Positions 19,264 through 27,931 of a DNA stretch of 64,000 bases are shown in pieces. The DNA comes from an uncultured virus (IMG/VR IMGVR_UViG_3300032320_001919). Its lineage: Duplodnaviria > Heunggongvirae > Uroviricota > Caudoviricetes. The stretch lies in the IMG/VR virus record IMGVR_UViG_3300032320_001919. The stretch is one strand, 5' to 3'. The position numbers were made by a program, and so were the translations under genes. Numbering within the stretch: the first letter of the stretch is position 1; each line of letters starts with the position of its first letter. The notes beneath the pieces were generated by a model. The model saw only the letters and a program-made list of their open reading frames with translations, had not been told where the DNA came from and made no database searches.

Positions 19264-19520
19264 TGACACCAAGAACTTTTAGAAAGAAGCCTGTGGCTAT
19301 TGAGGCTATGCAGATTGACGGACCTGAGACTGTTCAGCCGATCGTTGAGTGGATGGATAGTGCTACTGTTGGTTGGCAAACTAGCCCTCCTACTATTTGG
19401 ATTGACACACTCGAAGGTCGTATGACTGCTGATGATGGCGACTGGGTTATCAAGGGTGTAGCTGGCGAGTTTTATCCCTGCAAGGATAGCATTTTTGTAA
19501 GAACGTATCAGGAAGTATAA
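19260..19520 (+). CDS. conserved phage protein (PGDYG-like)
   Basis: FRKKPV.IEA...TLEG.M....GDW.IKG..GEFYPCK..IF..TY. Confidence 0.75.
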   Translation: MMTPRTFRKKPVAIEAMQIDGPETVQPIVEWMDSATVGWQTSPPTIWIDTLEGRMTADDGDWVIKGVAGEFYPCKDSIFVRTYQEV

Positions 19521-19521
19521 T

Positions 19522-20181
19522 ATGAGTAATGTTAAACTAATCGGTGTTACACAGCCGACGATGGTAAACTCGTCTATGGATAGTGCAGAAGATTTGATTG
19601 CATATTGCGCCCGTGTATCTAATCCTGCAAATCAGGATAACCCAGATAGCGAAAAGTTGCTCAAGTATCTTGTGAAGAACAAGCACTGGTCGCCGTTTGA
19701 GATGGTGCATCTTGTTATGGAAATCAATACCACGCGCGACATTGCACGACAGATCCTTCGTCATCGCTCGTTCTCGTTTCAAGAGTTCAGTCAGCGTTAT
19801 GCTGCTGTTCAAGAGTTCAGTGATCCGCGCGAAACACGTTATCAAGATAAGAAAAATCGTCAGAATAGCATTGAGATTCCTAGGGACAAAGATGATGAAA
19901 TTCCTGATATGTGGAAGTCAATGCAAGAACGATTGATTGACGATGCTATGATGGCTTACGAATGGGCAATCAGAAATAATATTGCCAAAGAACAGGCTCG
20001 TGTTGTGCTTCCTGAAGGTCTCACTATGTCACGCATGTATATGTCAGGTAGCCTCCGCAGTTGGATCCATTGGATACAGATTCGTACAGATACTTCTACA
20101 CAAAAAGAACATCGCATCATTGCAGAACAGGCAAAACAGATCATACTTGAACAGTTTCCTTCACTAAGAGAAGTCATCTAA
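19522..20181 (+). CDS. thyX: flavin-dependent thymidylate synthase
   Basis: RHRSFSFQEFSQRY ThyX motif, HWSPFE. Confidence 0.95.
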   Translation: MSNVKLIGVTQPTMVNSSMDSAEDLIAYCARVSNPANQDNPDSEKLLKYLVKNKHWSPFEMVHLVMEINTTRDIARQILRHRSFSFQEFSQRYAAVQEFSDPRETRYQDKKNRQNSIEIPRDKDDEIPDMWKSMQERLIDDAMMAYEWAIRNNIAKEQARVVLPEGLTMSRMYMSGSLRSWIHWIQIRTDTSTQKEHRIIAEQAKQIILEQFPSLREVI

Positions 20182-20825
20182 TGTCCAAGAATCATCGCAA
20201 GATATATGAGAATTATCATGGGGTCATACCACAAGATGATATTGGTAGGACATATGAGATTCATCATCTTGATGGAAATCATGCCAACAATCATATTGAT
20301 AATCTCAAAGCGGTGACTATTCAAGAACATTACGATATACATAGAGAACAGAATGATTGGGGTGCTTGTTTCCTTATCATGAGGCGGATGATGAGTGATG
20401 AACTTCCTAAAGAAGAAAGAATAGAGGTCGCAAGAAAAGCGGGTAAAGTCGGAGCCCAAAAGATGTTGGAAGAAGGTCGTCATAACTTCCAAATATTAGA
20501 TAGAAGTACATATAACTTCTTTTATAGAACAGAAGAAGGCAAACAAGTAAGAGTTGAGAAGAACAAAAAGATGTACGTTGATGGTACAAACAAGTTCTTT
20601 GATAGTGATTCTTGTAAAGAAAGACAGAAGAAAATAATCGCTGAAGGCCGCCACAATCTTTATGGTGGTGTTACATGTAGAGATATGAATGGTAAAGTCA
20701 TTCAAGTGAAGAAAGAGATTTATTCTTCGCAGAGTGGCAGTATGGATACATGGCAATATGTGGCAGTCAACAGTAAAGAAGGTAAGAAAAGAAAAATGAT
20801 TCAGGAGAACAACAAGAATGTCTAA
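20181..20825 (+). CDS. free-standing HNH homing endonuclease
   Basis: EIHHLDGNHANNHIDNL...EH..IH motif; lies between thyX and nrdJ. Confidence 0.8.
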   Translation: MSKNHRKIYENYHGVIPQDDIGRTYEIHHLDGNHANNHIDNLKAVTIQEHYDIHREQNDWGACFLIMRRMMSDELPKEERIEVARKAGKVGAQKMLEEGRHNFQILDRSTYNFFYRTEEGKQVRVEKNKKMYVDGTNKFFDSDSCKERQKKIIAEGRHNLYGGVTCRDMNGKVIQVKKEIYSSQSGSMDTWQYVAVNSKEGKKRKMIQENNKNV

Positions 20826-22740
20826 TATTTTACCAACTTTGTACCAGCAATTTATTCATCGCTCTAGATATGCCCGTTGGCTGTGGGAAGAAAACCGTCG
20901 AGAAAACTGGGACGAAACAGTCGCTCGTTATTTTAACTTCTTTGATGAACACGTCAAGGAAATGACTGGCTACACCATCACTGCTGAAGAACGTAAGCAG
21001 TTGGAAGAAGCTGTGTTGAACCTTGATATTATGCCTTCTATGCGTTGCTTGATGACTGCTGGTGAAGCTCTCAAGCGCGAGAACGTTTCTGGTTATAACT
21101 GTTCATATGTTGCAGTTGATAGTCCTCGTTCGTTCGATGAAATCCTTTACGTCTTGATGAATGGTACTGGTGTAGGTTTTTCAGTAGAATCTAAGTATGT
21201 GGGTCAACTGCCTGTGGTCCCAGACGAATTGTTTCCAACTGACACTACTATCCTTGTGGCTGACTCCAAGTTGGGTTGGGCAAAGGCTCTTAAAGAACTC
21301 ATTCATCTTCTTTATGCTGGACAAATTCCTAAGTGGGATTTGTCAAAGGTACGTCCTGCTGGCGCACCATTGAAGGTGTTCGGCGGCAGAGCTTCTGGTC
21401 CTGCTCCGTTGAACGATTTGTTTAATTTTGCGGTTGCAACATTCAAGAAGGCTGCTGGTCGTCGTTTGACTACATTGGAGTGCCATGACATCGTTTGTAA
21501 GATCGCTGAAATTGTGGTTGTGGGTGGCGTACGCAGATCCGCGCTTATTTCTCTTTCTGACCTTAGTGATGATAGAATGCGCCATGCTAAGTCTGGTGAC
21601 TGGTGGAAGGAGAATGTACAACGCGCTCTCGCAAACAACTCTTACGTTGGTAAGGAAAAGCCTGAACCTGGCATCTTCATGCGTGAGTGGCTATCCCTCT
21701 ATGAGTCGCGCTCTGGCGAACGTGGCATTTTTAGTAGAACTGCATCAAAGAAACAGGCTGAGAAATATGGAAGAAGAGATCCGGATCACGATTTTGGCAC
21801 CAACCCATGTAGCGAAATCATTCTCCGTTCAAGGGAGTTTTGTAACCTTACAGAGGTCGTGGTTAGAGGTGACGATACCCCAGAAACCCTCAAGCACAAA
21901 GTCAAGCTCGCGACTATCCTTGGTACATTCCAATCCACACTTACCAACTTCAAATACTTGAGTAAAAAGTGGAGAGAGAATTGCGAAGAAGAACGTTTGC
22001 TTGGTGTGTCACTAACTGGCATTATGGATAACAAGTATACGAATGGCACTTTGGCATGGAAAGATAATGATCTTGAACTGATGTTGGAGGAACTGCGTGA
22101 AGAAGCTGTTAAGACAAATAAACTCTGGGCTGCCAAGCTTAATATTCCTGTTTCTGCTGCAATCACTTGTGTTAAGCCTTCAGGTACTGTCTCCCAGTTG
22201 GTTGACTCAGCCAGTGGAATTCATGCTCGCCATTCCCCTTATTATATTAGGACTGTTCGTGCTGATAAGAAGGATCCGCTGGCTGTTATGATGAAAGATA
22301 TGGGATTCCCTGTTGAAGACGATGTGACAAAGCCAGATCATACCTATGTGTTCTCGTTCCCGCAGAAGTCTCCTGAACACGCTGTATTCCGTACTGATAT
22401 GACTGCTATTGAACAACTTAAACTGTGGCTGATCTATCAGCGTCATTGGTGTGAGCATAAGCCTTCTGTTACTATTTCTGTCAAGGAAGAAGAGTGGATG
22501 ACTGTTGGTGCTTGGGTTTATGAACACTTCGATGAGATGTCAGGCGTTTCGTTCTTGCCATTCAGCGATCACGTTTATAAGCAAGCTCCATATCAGGATT
22601 GCACAAAGGAAGAGTACGAAGCACTTGCAGCCAAGATGCCTAAGATCGTCAACTGGATGGACCTTGCTAAATATGAAAAGCAAGACACAACTACAGGCAC
22701 GCAGGAGTTAGCTTGCGTTGCTGGTGGATGCGAAATCTAA
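20818..22740 (+). CDS. nrdJ: class II (B12-dependent) ribonucleotide reductase
   Basis: TNPCSE, VKPSGT, C-terminal C-x4-CEI; no beta-subunit gene adjacent. Confidence 0.9.
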   Translation: MSNILPTLYQQFIHRSRYARWLWEENRRENWDETVARYFNFFDEHVKEMTGYTITAEERKQLEEAVLNLDIMPSMRCLMTAGEALKRENVSGYNCSYVAVDSPRSFDEILYVLMNGTGVGFSVESKYVGQLPVVPDELFPTDTTILVADSKLGWAKALKELIHLLYAGQIPKWDLSKVRPAGAPLKVFGGRASGPAPLNDLFNFAVATFKKAAGRRLTTLECHDIVCKIAEIVVVGGVRRSALISLSDLSDDRMRHAKSGDWWKENVQRALANNSYVGKEKPEPGIFMREWLSLYESRSGERGIFSRTASKKQAEKYGRRDPDHDFGTNPCSEIILRSREFCNLTEVVVRGDDTPETLKHKVKLATILGTFQSTLTNFKYLSKKWRENCEEERLLGVSLTGIMDNKYTNGTLAWKDNDLELMLEELREEAVKTNKLWAAKLNIPVSAAITCVKPSGTVSQLVDSASGIHARHSPYYIRTVRADKKDPLAVMMKDMGFPVEDDVTKPDHTYVFSFPQKSPEHAVFRTDMTAIEQLKLWLIYQRHWCEHKPSVTISVKEEEWMTVGAWVYEHFDEMSGVSFLPFSDHVYKQAPYQDCTKEEYEALAAKMPKIVNWMDLAKYEKQDTTTGTQELACVAGGCEI

Positions 22741-22753
22741 GAAAGGATCCAGA

Positions 22754-22909
22754 ATGGAAAAGGAAATAACTTGTGCAGTATGTGAAACTGAGTTTACTAT
22801 AATTCACGAAGAAGAAGATACACCTGAGTATTGCCCATTCTGTGGTAATTCTCTTGATGAAGATCTTGATGAAATGGAAACAATAGACGTAGAACCATAC
22901 GAGGACTAA
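22754..22909 (+). CDS. small zinc-ribbon protein
   Basis: CAVC...CPFC; AAGGA SD before ATG 22754. Confidence 0.7.
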   Translation: MEKEITCAVCETEFTIIHEEEDTPEYCPFCGNSLDEDLDEMETIDVEPYED

Positions 22910-22935
22910 CATAAATACTCCTTTTGGAGTACGTT

Positions 22936-23349
22936 ATGTGGTTATACAACGGTAAAGAGATTAGTGATGATGAGATAGAAGGCTATGCCTCGTTCGTTTA
23001 TATCATCACTAATCTCGAAAATAATAAGAGGTACATTGGAAAAAAAATCTTTAAGTCGATCCAAAGAAAAAAAGTCAAAGGAAAGACACGAAAGAAAAAA
23101 GTTGAAAAAGAAAGTGACTGGAAATCCTACTATGGATCTAACCTCTTCCTGCTTGGAGATGTTGAGAAATTGGGATCGGATAGATTCCGAAGAGAAATAG
23201 TTAAGCTTTGTAAAACTAGAGGAACTGCCAGTTACTGGGAAGCTAAACTTCAGATGCAACATGAAGTGCTGGAGAACCCTGAACTCTTTTACAATGATTG
23301 GATTTTCGTCAAGGTACATCGCTCGCACATAAAGCTTGACAATAAATAA
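22936..23349 (+). CDS. GIY-YIG endonuclease (T4 EndoII-like short form)
   Basis: FVY.ITN..RYIGKK...YYGS...E..FYN. Confidence 0.75.
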   Translation: MWLYNGKEISDDEIEGYASFVYIITNLENNKRYIGKKIFKSIQRKKVKGKTRKKKVEKESDWKSYYGSNLFLLGDVEKLGSDRFRREIVKLCKTRGTASYWEAKLQMQHEVLENPELFYNDWIFVKVHRSHIKLDNK

Positions 23350-23364
23350 GTTTTAGCGTATATT
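23336..23364 (+). promoter_or_regulatory. sigma70-like promoter for the + strand tRNAs
   Basis: TTGACA-17 nt-TATATT. Confidence 0.6.
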
Positions 23365-23385
23365 AAGAATAATGAGTTTAGCCCA

Positions 23386-23461
23386 GCCCCTTTAGTCCAG
23401 CGGTAGAGACAAACGACTTAAAATCGTTCAAGGGACAGTTCGAATCTGTCAAGGGGCACCA
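23386..23461 (+). tRNA. trnL: tRNA-Leu(TAA), short variable loop
   Basis: cloverleaf, AACGA-CTTAAAA-TCGTT anticodon arm, TTCGAAT, CCA. Confidence 0.85.
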
Positions 23462-23482
23462 AATTTTAAAATGGAGTTATAT

Positions 23483-23566
23483 ATGCCGCACCCACACAAG
23501 AATCGTCCACGCACTGGTCGCAGAAAAATTGGATCAAAAAAGCGCAAGTCTCGCGCTCGACGCTAA
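23483..23566 (+). CDS. 27-aa Arg/Lys-rich peptide MPHPHKNRPRTGRRKIGSKKRKSRARR
   Basis: read by hand; GGAG SD, ATG, TAA; lies between two tRNAs. Confidence 0.55.
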   Translation: MPHPHKNRPRTGRRKIGSKKRKSRARR

Positions 23567-23602
23567 TTAGGGCGAGAAATTCCCCTAAATATTACTGCAA
23601 AT

Positions 23603-23676
23603 GCGGGGTTGGTATATGGGTTGTGCCCCAGCCTTCCAAGCTGTAGAAGCGGGTTCGAGTCCCGCACCTCGCTCCA
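23603..23676 (+). tRNA. trnG: tRNA-Gly(TCC)
   Basis: CAGC-CTTCCAA-GCTG anticodon arm, TTCGAGT, TCCA end. Confidence 0.85.
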
Positions 23677-23694
23677 ATCTAATAAAGGTGTATT

Positions 23695-24195
23695 ATGATT
23701 AGGAAAGAACTAAATATCGCAGAAGTAAAGACGTTTATCGAGTTACAGACTCCAGAAACTAAAGTTTATCTTGGTGGTGATTCAGAACGTTTCCAGATCA
23801 ACGGTGTTTGGTATGCAGACTATATCAACGTTGTAGTTGTTCACAAGAACGGTAAGAACGGCTGTCGTGTGTTCGGTGGTATCGTGCGTGAGCGCGACTA
23901 TGATCAGCAAAAGGATAAGCCTCGTATGCGTCTGATGAACGAAGTTATGAAGACTGCCCAACTCTACATGGACCTTTATGACGTTCTTGAAAACCGTGAC
24001 GTTGAAATCCACTTGGATATTAATCCAAACAAGGAGCACGGTTCTTCATGCGTAATCAACGAAGCTGTTGGTTACATCCGTGGTATGTGTAACATCATAC
24101 CTTTGGTCAAGCCAAACGCTTGGGCTGCCAGCTACTGTGCTGACCGTTACAAGGACGCTATTCAGCACATTAACCATAATCAGGATGTAGCTTGA
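23695..24195 (+). CDS. RNase H-like YkuK/DUF458 family protein
   Basis: YLGGDS...RLMNEV...EIHLDIN...G...VKP.AWAAS..AD. Confidence 0.8.
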   Translation: MIRKELNIAEVKTFIELQTPETKVYLGGDSERFQINGVWYADYINVVVVHKNGKNGCRVFGGIVRERDYDQQKDKPRMRLMNEVMKTAQLYMDLYDVLENRDVEIHLDINPNKEHGSSCVINEAVGYIRGMCNIIPLVKPNAWAASYCADRYKDAIQHINHNQDVA

Positions 24196-24347
24196 AATCT
24201 GCAGGTATAAATATAGGCAGTGTCAACCTCAAGGGCAAGAAAGTTAAACGTCTTCGCTGTGGGTGTTGCACTGCCTATGATTTTCGTGAAAACGAACTTG
24301 AAAAAGTACATAGTAAAGAAATTGAAGAATACTCGACTGAAGGATAA
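24192..24347 (+). CDS. small hypothetical protein with LRCGCC motif (51 aa)
   Basis: read by hand; TTG overlapping the previous stop, AGGA upstream. Confidence 0.45.
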   Translation: MKSAGINIGSVNLKGKKVKRLRCGCCTAYDFRENELEKVHSKEIEEYSTEG

Positions 24348-24393
24348 AGCTGACCGTTAAGTTTTACTAAATACTATAGAAGCGGAGGTTTCT

Positions 24394-24915
24394 ATGGTAT
24401 ACACGGTCTACAAAATAACAAATAAGCTAAACGAAAAATACTATATCGGTGTTCATAAAACAACTAACCCAAACGATGCCTATATGGGTAGTGGAATAGC
24501 GATAAAGAATGCGATACGAAAGTATGGCAAAGAAAATTTCGAGAAAGAAATTCTTCTAATATCAGAAGATAAACAGACAGCGTATGATTTAGAAAAACAA
24601 CTTACTGTCGATTTTGATAAATCAAACACATATAACATGAAAAGAGGCGGAGTTGGTGGATTTGAAGTAGAATCTGCTAAACTTGGTTACCAAAAAATGG
24701 TAGAAAAGGTTCCTCCTAATGTAGCTGGCAAAATATCTTTTGATAAAAAAGTAGGCATGTTTGCAAGGTCTGAAGAAGAATTTCTTAAAGACAGTAGAAA
24801 AGGCGGTCTTGCAAACAGAGGCAAACCTAAATCTGAAGAATTCAAACAGAAACTTAGGGAAGTCTGGAAACTTAAGAAGCAAGCGATGGCAAATGGGGAG
24901 CCTAGCAGCTCATAA
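24394..24915 (+). CDS. GIY-YIG (Seg-like) homing endonuclease
   Basis: TVYKITN..KYYIGVH...YMGSG...YN motifs, NUMOD3-like C-terminus. Confidence 0.85.
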   Translation: MVYTVYKITNKLNEKYYIGVHKTTNPNDAYMGSGIAIKNAIRKYGKENFEKEILLISEDKQTAYDLEKQLTVDFDKSNTYNMKRGGVGGFEVESAKLGYQKMVEKVPPNVAGKISFDKKVGMFARSEEEFLKDSRKGGLANRGKPKSEEFKQKLREVWKLKKQAMANGEPSSS

Positions 24916-24963
24916 CTGCTTGCCGTAATGGCCGAGAAAGTTCGATTCTTTCCGCTTGCACCA
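24879..24963 (+). tRNA. atypical tRNA with CAT anticodon and long variable arm
   Basis: GCAAGCG/CGCTTGC acceptor, AGCAG-CTCATAA-CTGCT, GCC-GTAAT-GGC V-arm, TTCGATT, ACCA. Confidence 0.7.
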
Positions 24964-24982
24964 ACTAAGAAAGGAGATAATA

Positions 24983-25336
24983 ATGTCAAAGTTATTATTC
25001 TCACTACTTGCAGTAGGATTTATGTTAGTTAACGTTCCTACTGCTGATGCTGGTAAAGTAAAGGCATCGTGGTACGATTGCGCAAAACCCGGAGAATGCA
25101 GTAGAAATAAAATCACCGCTAATGGCGAAAGATTTAATCCTAATGCTCTCACCGCTGCCCATAAGACTCTGCCGTTCGGCACTAAAGTAAGAGTCACTCA
25201 CAAGGGTAGGTCTGTAATAGTTCGGATCAATGACCGTGGACCCTTCATTAAAGGTAGGTCGCTGGATCTTTCAAGAGCTGCAGCTAGAAAAATCGGTTGT
25301 AAGGGTGTATGCGTAGTTACAATGAAAGTGTTGTAA
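24983..25336 (+). CDS. rlpA: RlpA-like (DPBB) lytic transglycosylase with signal peptide
   Basis: ASWY...TANGE.F....[12 protein letters not shown]...INDRGPF...LDLS. Confidence 0.9.
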   Translation: MSKLLFSLLAVGFMLVNVPTADAGKVKASWYDCAKPGECSRNKITANGERFNPNALTAAHKTLPFGTKVRVTHKGRSVIVRINDRGPFIKGRSLDLSRAAARKIGCKGVCVVTMKVL

Positions 25337-25344
25337 AGCGTAAT

Positions 25345-25376
25345 AAGTAGTAGGGGGAAACTCCTACTACTTTTTT
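25345..25376 (+). terminator. rho-independent terminator
   Basis: AAGTAGTAGG/CCTACTACTT stem followed by a T-run. Confidence 0.75.
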
Positions 25377-25388
25377 CAGGGGAAAAGA

Positions 25389-25949
25389 ATGATTATAAAA
25401 GAAGAAAAACCAACTATCCCCTCAATTGAAGATTATCACTATTATCTCTTCAACGAGGACTTCAATTCTAAATCTACTGGCGACTTGATCAAGTTTATTA
25501 TTGAAAGAAACTTAATTATCAAAGATAGACCGAAGATGATGAAGTTGATAATCAACTCTCCTGGCGGAGAAGTTAATTCAGCCTTCGCGTTAATTGATAC
25601 TATAAAAGGTTCAAAAATACCTGTATATACTTACGGACTTGGAGAAATTGCCAGCTGCGGATTGTTAACTTTTATCGCAGGTGAAAAAGGCAAAAGATTT
25701 ATTACCAGAAACACAGCAATTTTATCACATCAATTCAGCTGGGGTTCTTGGGGCAAAGAACATGAGCTTATGGCTCGCGTTAAAGAGTTCAATAACACAC
25801 AAGAGAGAATTATAGAACACTATAAAAGATGTACAGGATTAACTGACAAGCAAATCAAAACTTATTTATTGCCGCCAGAAGATGTTTGGCTTACTGCTAA
25901 AGAAGCAGTTAAGTATGGTATTGCGGATGAGATTGTAGAATTCTATTAA
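25389..25949 (+). CDS. clpP: ClpP-like protease
   Basis: INSPGG, IASCG (catalytic Ser), SHQ, D.WLTA.EAV.YG.AD. Confidence 0.85.
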   Translation: MIIKEEKPTIPSIEDYHYYLFNEDFNSKSTGDLIKFIIERNLIIKDRPKMMKLIINSPGGEVNSAFALIDTIKGSKIPVYTYGLGEIASCGLLTFIAGEKGKRFITRNTAILSHQFSWGSWGKEHELMARVKEFNNTQERIIEHYKRCTGLTDKQIKTYLLPPEDVWLTAKEAVKYGIADEIVEFY

Positions 25950-25999
25950 CAGATAAATAAAGCTTTACTAATAATCAAAATGGTATTATAATAGAGGTT

Positions 26000-26266
26000 A
26001 TGATGAATGTAATTTTGTACACCAAAGATAATTGTTCTTACTGCACCAATACCAAGTTGCTTTTAACAAGCAAGGGCATTTCCTTTACTGAAATGAAATT
26101 AGGTGAAGATTTCACACGCGAAACTCTTCTAGAAATGTTTCCCGAGACTAAAACGTTTCCTGTCATTGTCGTTGATGGCTTTAATATTGGTGGTTATGTT
26201 CAGCTTAAAGAAAAGTTAAATAACACTTTACAAGAGAGCAGAAAATTCTTAACTGAAGGAATATAA
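26000..26266 (+). CDS. glutaredoxin
   Basis: CSYC, TFP, IGGY. Confidence 0.9.
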   Translation: MMNVILYTKDNCSYCTNTKLLLTSKGISFTEMKLGEDFTRETLLEMFPETKTFPVIVVDGFNIGGYVQLKEKLNNTLQESRKFLTEGI

Positions 26267-26267
26267 T

Positions 26268-26543
26268 ATGTATAATCGTGATACTATTCTTAAAGATTTG
26301 AGAGAAAATGTTGTTGAGGTTTCTTTCAATAAAATCAATGGTGAACAAAGGCTTATGCGTTGCACTTTGATGCCAGGTCATTTACCAAAATCCTACAACG
26401 AAAATATCCAAGAACAATCTGAAGAAAAAGAATTTCACCAACAGAATCCTAATGTAATTGCTGCATGGGATGTCCAAAAAGGTGGATGGCGTTCATTCAG
26501 AATAGACTCTGTAGAGTACCTACAGGTTATCGACGGTTATTGA
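26268..26543 (+). CDS. conserved T4-like SH3-fold protein (DUF2693-like)
   Basis: V.F.K.NGE.R.M.CTL...WD....WRSFR. Confidence 0.75.
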   Translation: MYNRDTILKDLRENVVEVSFNKINGEQRLMRCTLMPGHLPKSYNENIQEQSEEKEFHQQNPNVIAAWDVQKGGWRSFRIDSVEYLQVIDGY

Positions 26544-26590
26544 TCAAATTCAATAGCTATTTTTCAACAACTAATAGGAGTTAAAATGGT

Positions 26591-26944
26591 ATGTCATACT
26601 GGGGTTATCACCTAATTCTCGATTGCGCTGGACTTAACCCAGAATCAATCAGAAGCAAAGAAAACATTTATAATTTTGCCAAGCAGCTTGTCAAGGATAT
26701 TGACATGGTTGCTTATGGTGAGCCACAGATCGTTAAGTTCGGTCATAGTGGTAAGGAAGGGTATACATTAGTTCAGCTTATTGAGACCAGTAATATCTGC
26801 GTCCATTTCGTTGAAGAAGATAACACTGCATACTTCGATATCTTCTCTTGCAAGACTTATGATAATGATGTTGTTATTGGTCTTGTCGAGGAATATTTCG
26901 GAGCAACAAGCGTACGCCAAACATATCTAACTAGACAGGCATAA
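26591..26944 (+). CDS. speD: S-adenosylmethionine decarboxylase-like proenzyme
   Basis: G.HLILD...G.T.VQLIETSNI..H...DIFSCK. Confidence 0.75.
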   Translation: MSYWGYHLILDCAGLNPESIRSKENIYNFAKQLVKDIDMVAYGEPQIVKFGHSGKEGYTLVQLIETSNICVHFVEEDNTAYFDIFSCKTYDNDVVIGLVEEYFGATSVRQTYLTRQA

Positions 26945-26945
26945 T

Positions 26946-27350
26946 GTGTTGGTAGTTGGCTTCACCTGCAGCGCATTCGATTTATTTCATGCTGGTCACG
27001 TGGCAATGCTTGCAGAGTGTAAACAACACTGCGATTACTTAATAGTTGGTCTTCAGGTCGATCCATCAAAAGATCGACCTGAGAAAAACAAACCTGTTCA
27101 ATCTGTATATGAAAGATATATACAGTTGAGAGGGTGCAAATACGTTGATGAAATCATTCCGTATGAAACCGAAGAAGATTTAATAAACCTTCTGGCTATA
27201 GAAGATATACATGTTAGATTCGTTGGCCAAGAATATGAAGGCACCCGTTTAACAGGTGAAGATATTTGTGAACGAAGAGAAATCCGAATTCACTATAATA
27301 ATAGAATGCATAATTATAGTTCAAGCGAATTGAGGAGAAGATTGAAATGA
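26946..27350 (+). CDS. TagD/HldE-like HIGH cytidylyltransferase
   Basis: FDLFHAGH, ER...L...YVDE, YSSS. Confidence 0.85.
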   Translation: MLVVGFTCSAFDLFHAGHVAMLAECKQHCDYLIVGLQVDPSKDRPEKNKPVQSVYERYIQLRGCKYVDEIIPYETEEDLINLLAIEDIHVRFVGQEYEGTRLTGEDICERREIRIHYNNRMHNYSSSELRRRLK

Positions 27351-27931
27351 GTTTCAGTGATCAGTTTTTTGATGAGGTTGTAACCATCGCCTCTAGTATT
27401 GATAAAAATAAAATTGAAGTGATGGTTAAGGAACTGGTCAAGCTTCGTGCAAATAAGGGCAGGTTGTTTATTATCGGTGTTGGTGGTTCTGCTGGTAATG
27501 CTTCTCATATGGCGAACGATGTTCGCAAACTTTGTAACATCGAAGCATATTGTCCGACTGACAACGTTCCGGAACTTACTGCTCGTACAAATGACGAAGG
27601 TTTCCACACTGTATTTGATCGCTACCTTGCTGTAAGTAATTTCAATTCAAAAGATGCTGTCTTTATTCTTTCAGTTGGTGGTGGTGATATTGAAAAGAAT
27701 GTTTCTGTTGGTATCATTAATGCAGCGCAGTTTGCCAAGGCAAATGGCGGCAAGGTATTTGGTATCGTAGGAAAGAAAGATGGCTACACTGCCAAGAATT
27801 CAGATGTTTGTGTAGTTGTTCCTGTTGCTGAACCAAAGCGAGTCACACCACATAGTGAAGCTTTCCAAGCTGTTGTTTGGCATTGTATTGTTTCGAACCC
27901 TGCATTGCAGAAGAATTCAACTAAATGGTAA
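27347..27931 (+). CDS. gmhA: sedoheptulose-7-phosphate isomerase (SIS domain)
   Basis: G.GGSA.NASH...D, TA.TND.G...F. Confidence 0.8.
   Translation: MSFSDQFFDEVVTIASSIDKNKIEVMVKELVKLRANKGRLFIIGVGGSAGNASHMANDVRKLCNIEAYCPTDNVPELTARTNDEGFHTVFDRYLAVSNFNSKDAVFILSVGGGDIEKNVSVGIINAAQFAKANGGKVFGIVGKKDGYTAKNSDVCVVVPVAEPKRVTPHSEAFQAVVWHCIVSNPALQKNSTKW

Noticed and set aside
20181..20825. Intron or intein associated with thyX or nrdJ
   Set aside because: Both flanking genes look complete and the HNH ORF is free-standing; no intein motifs seen in nrdJ, gp41 or gp46
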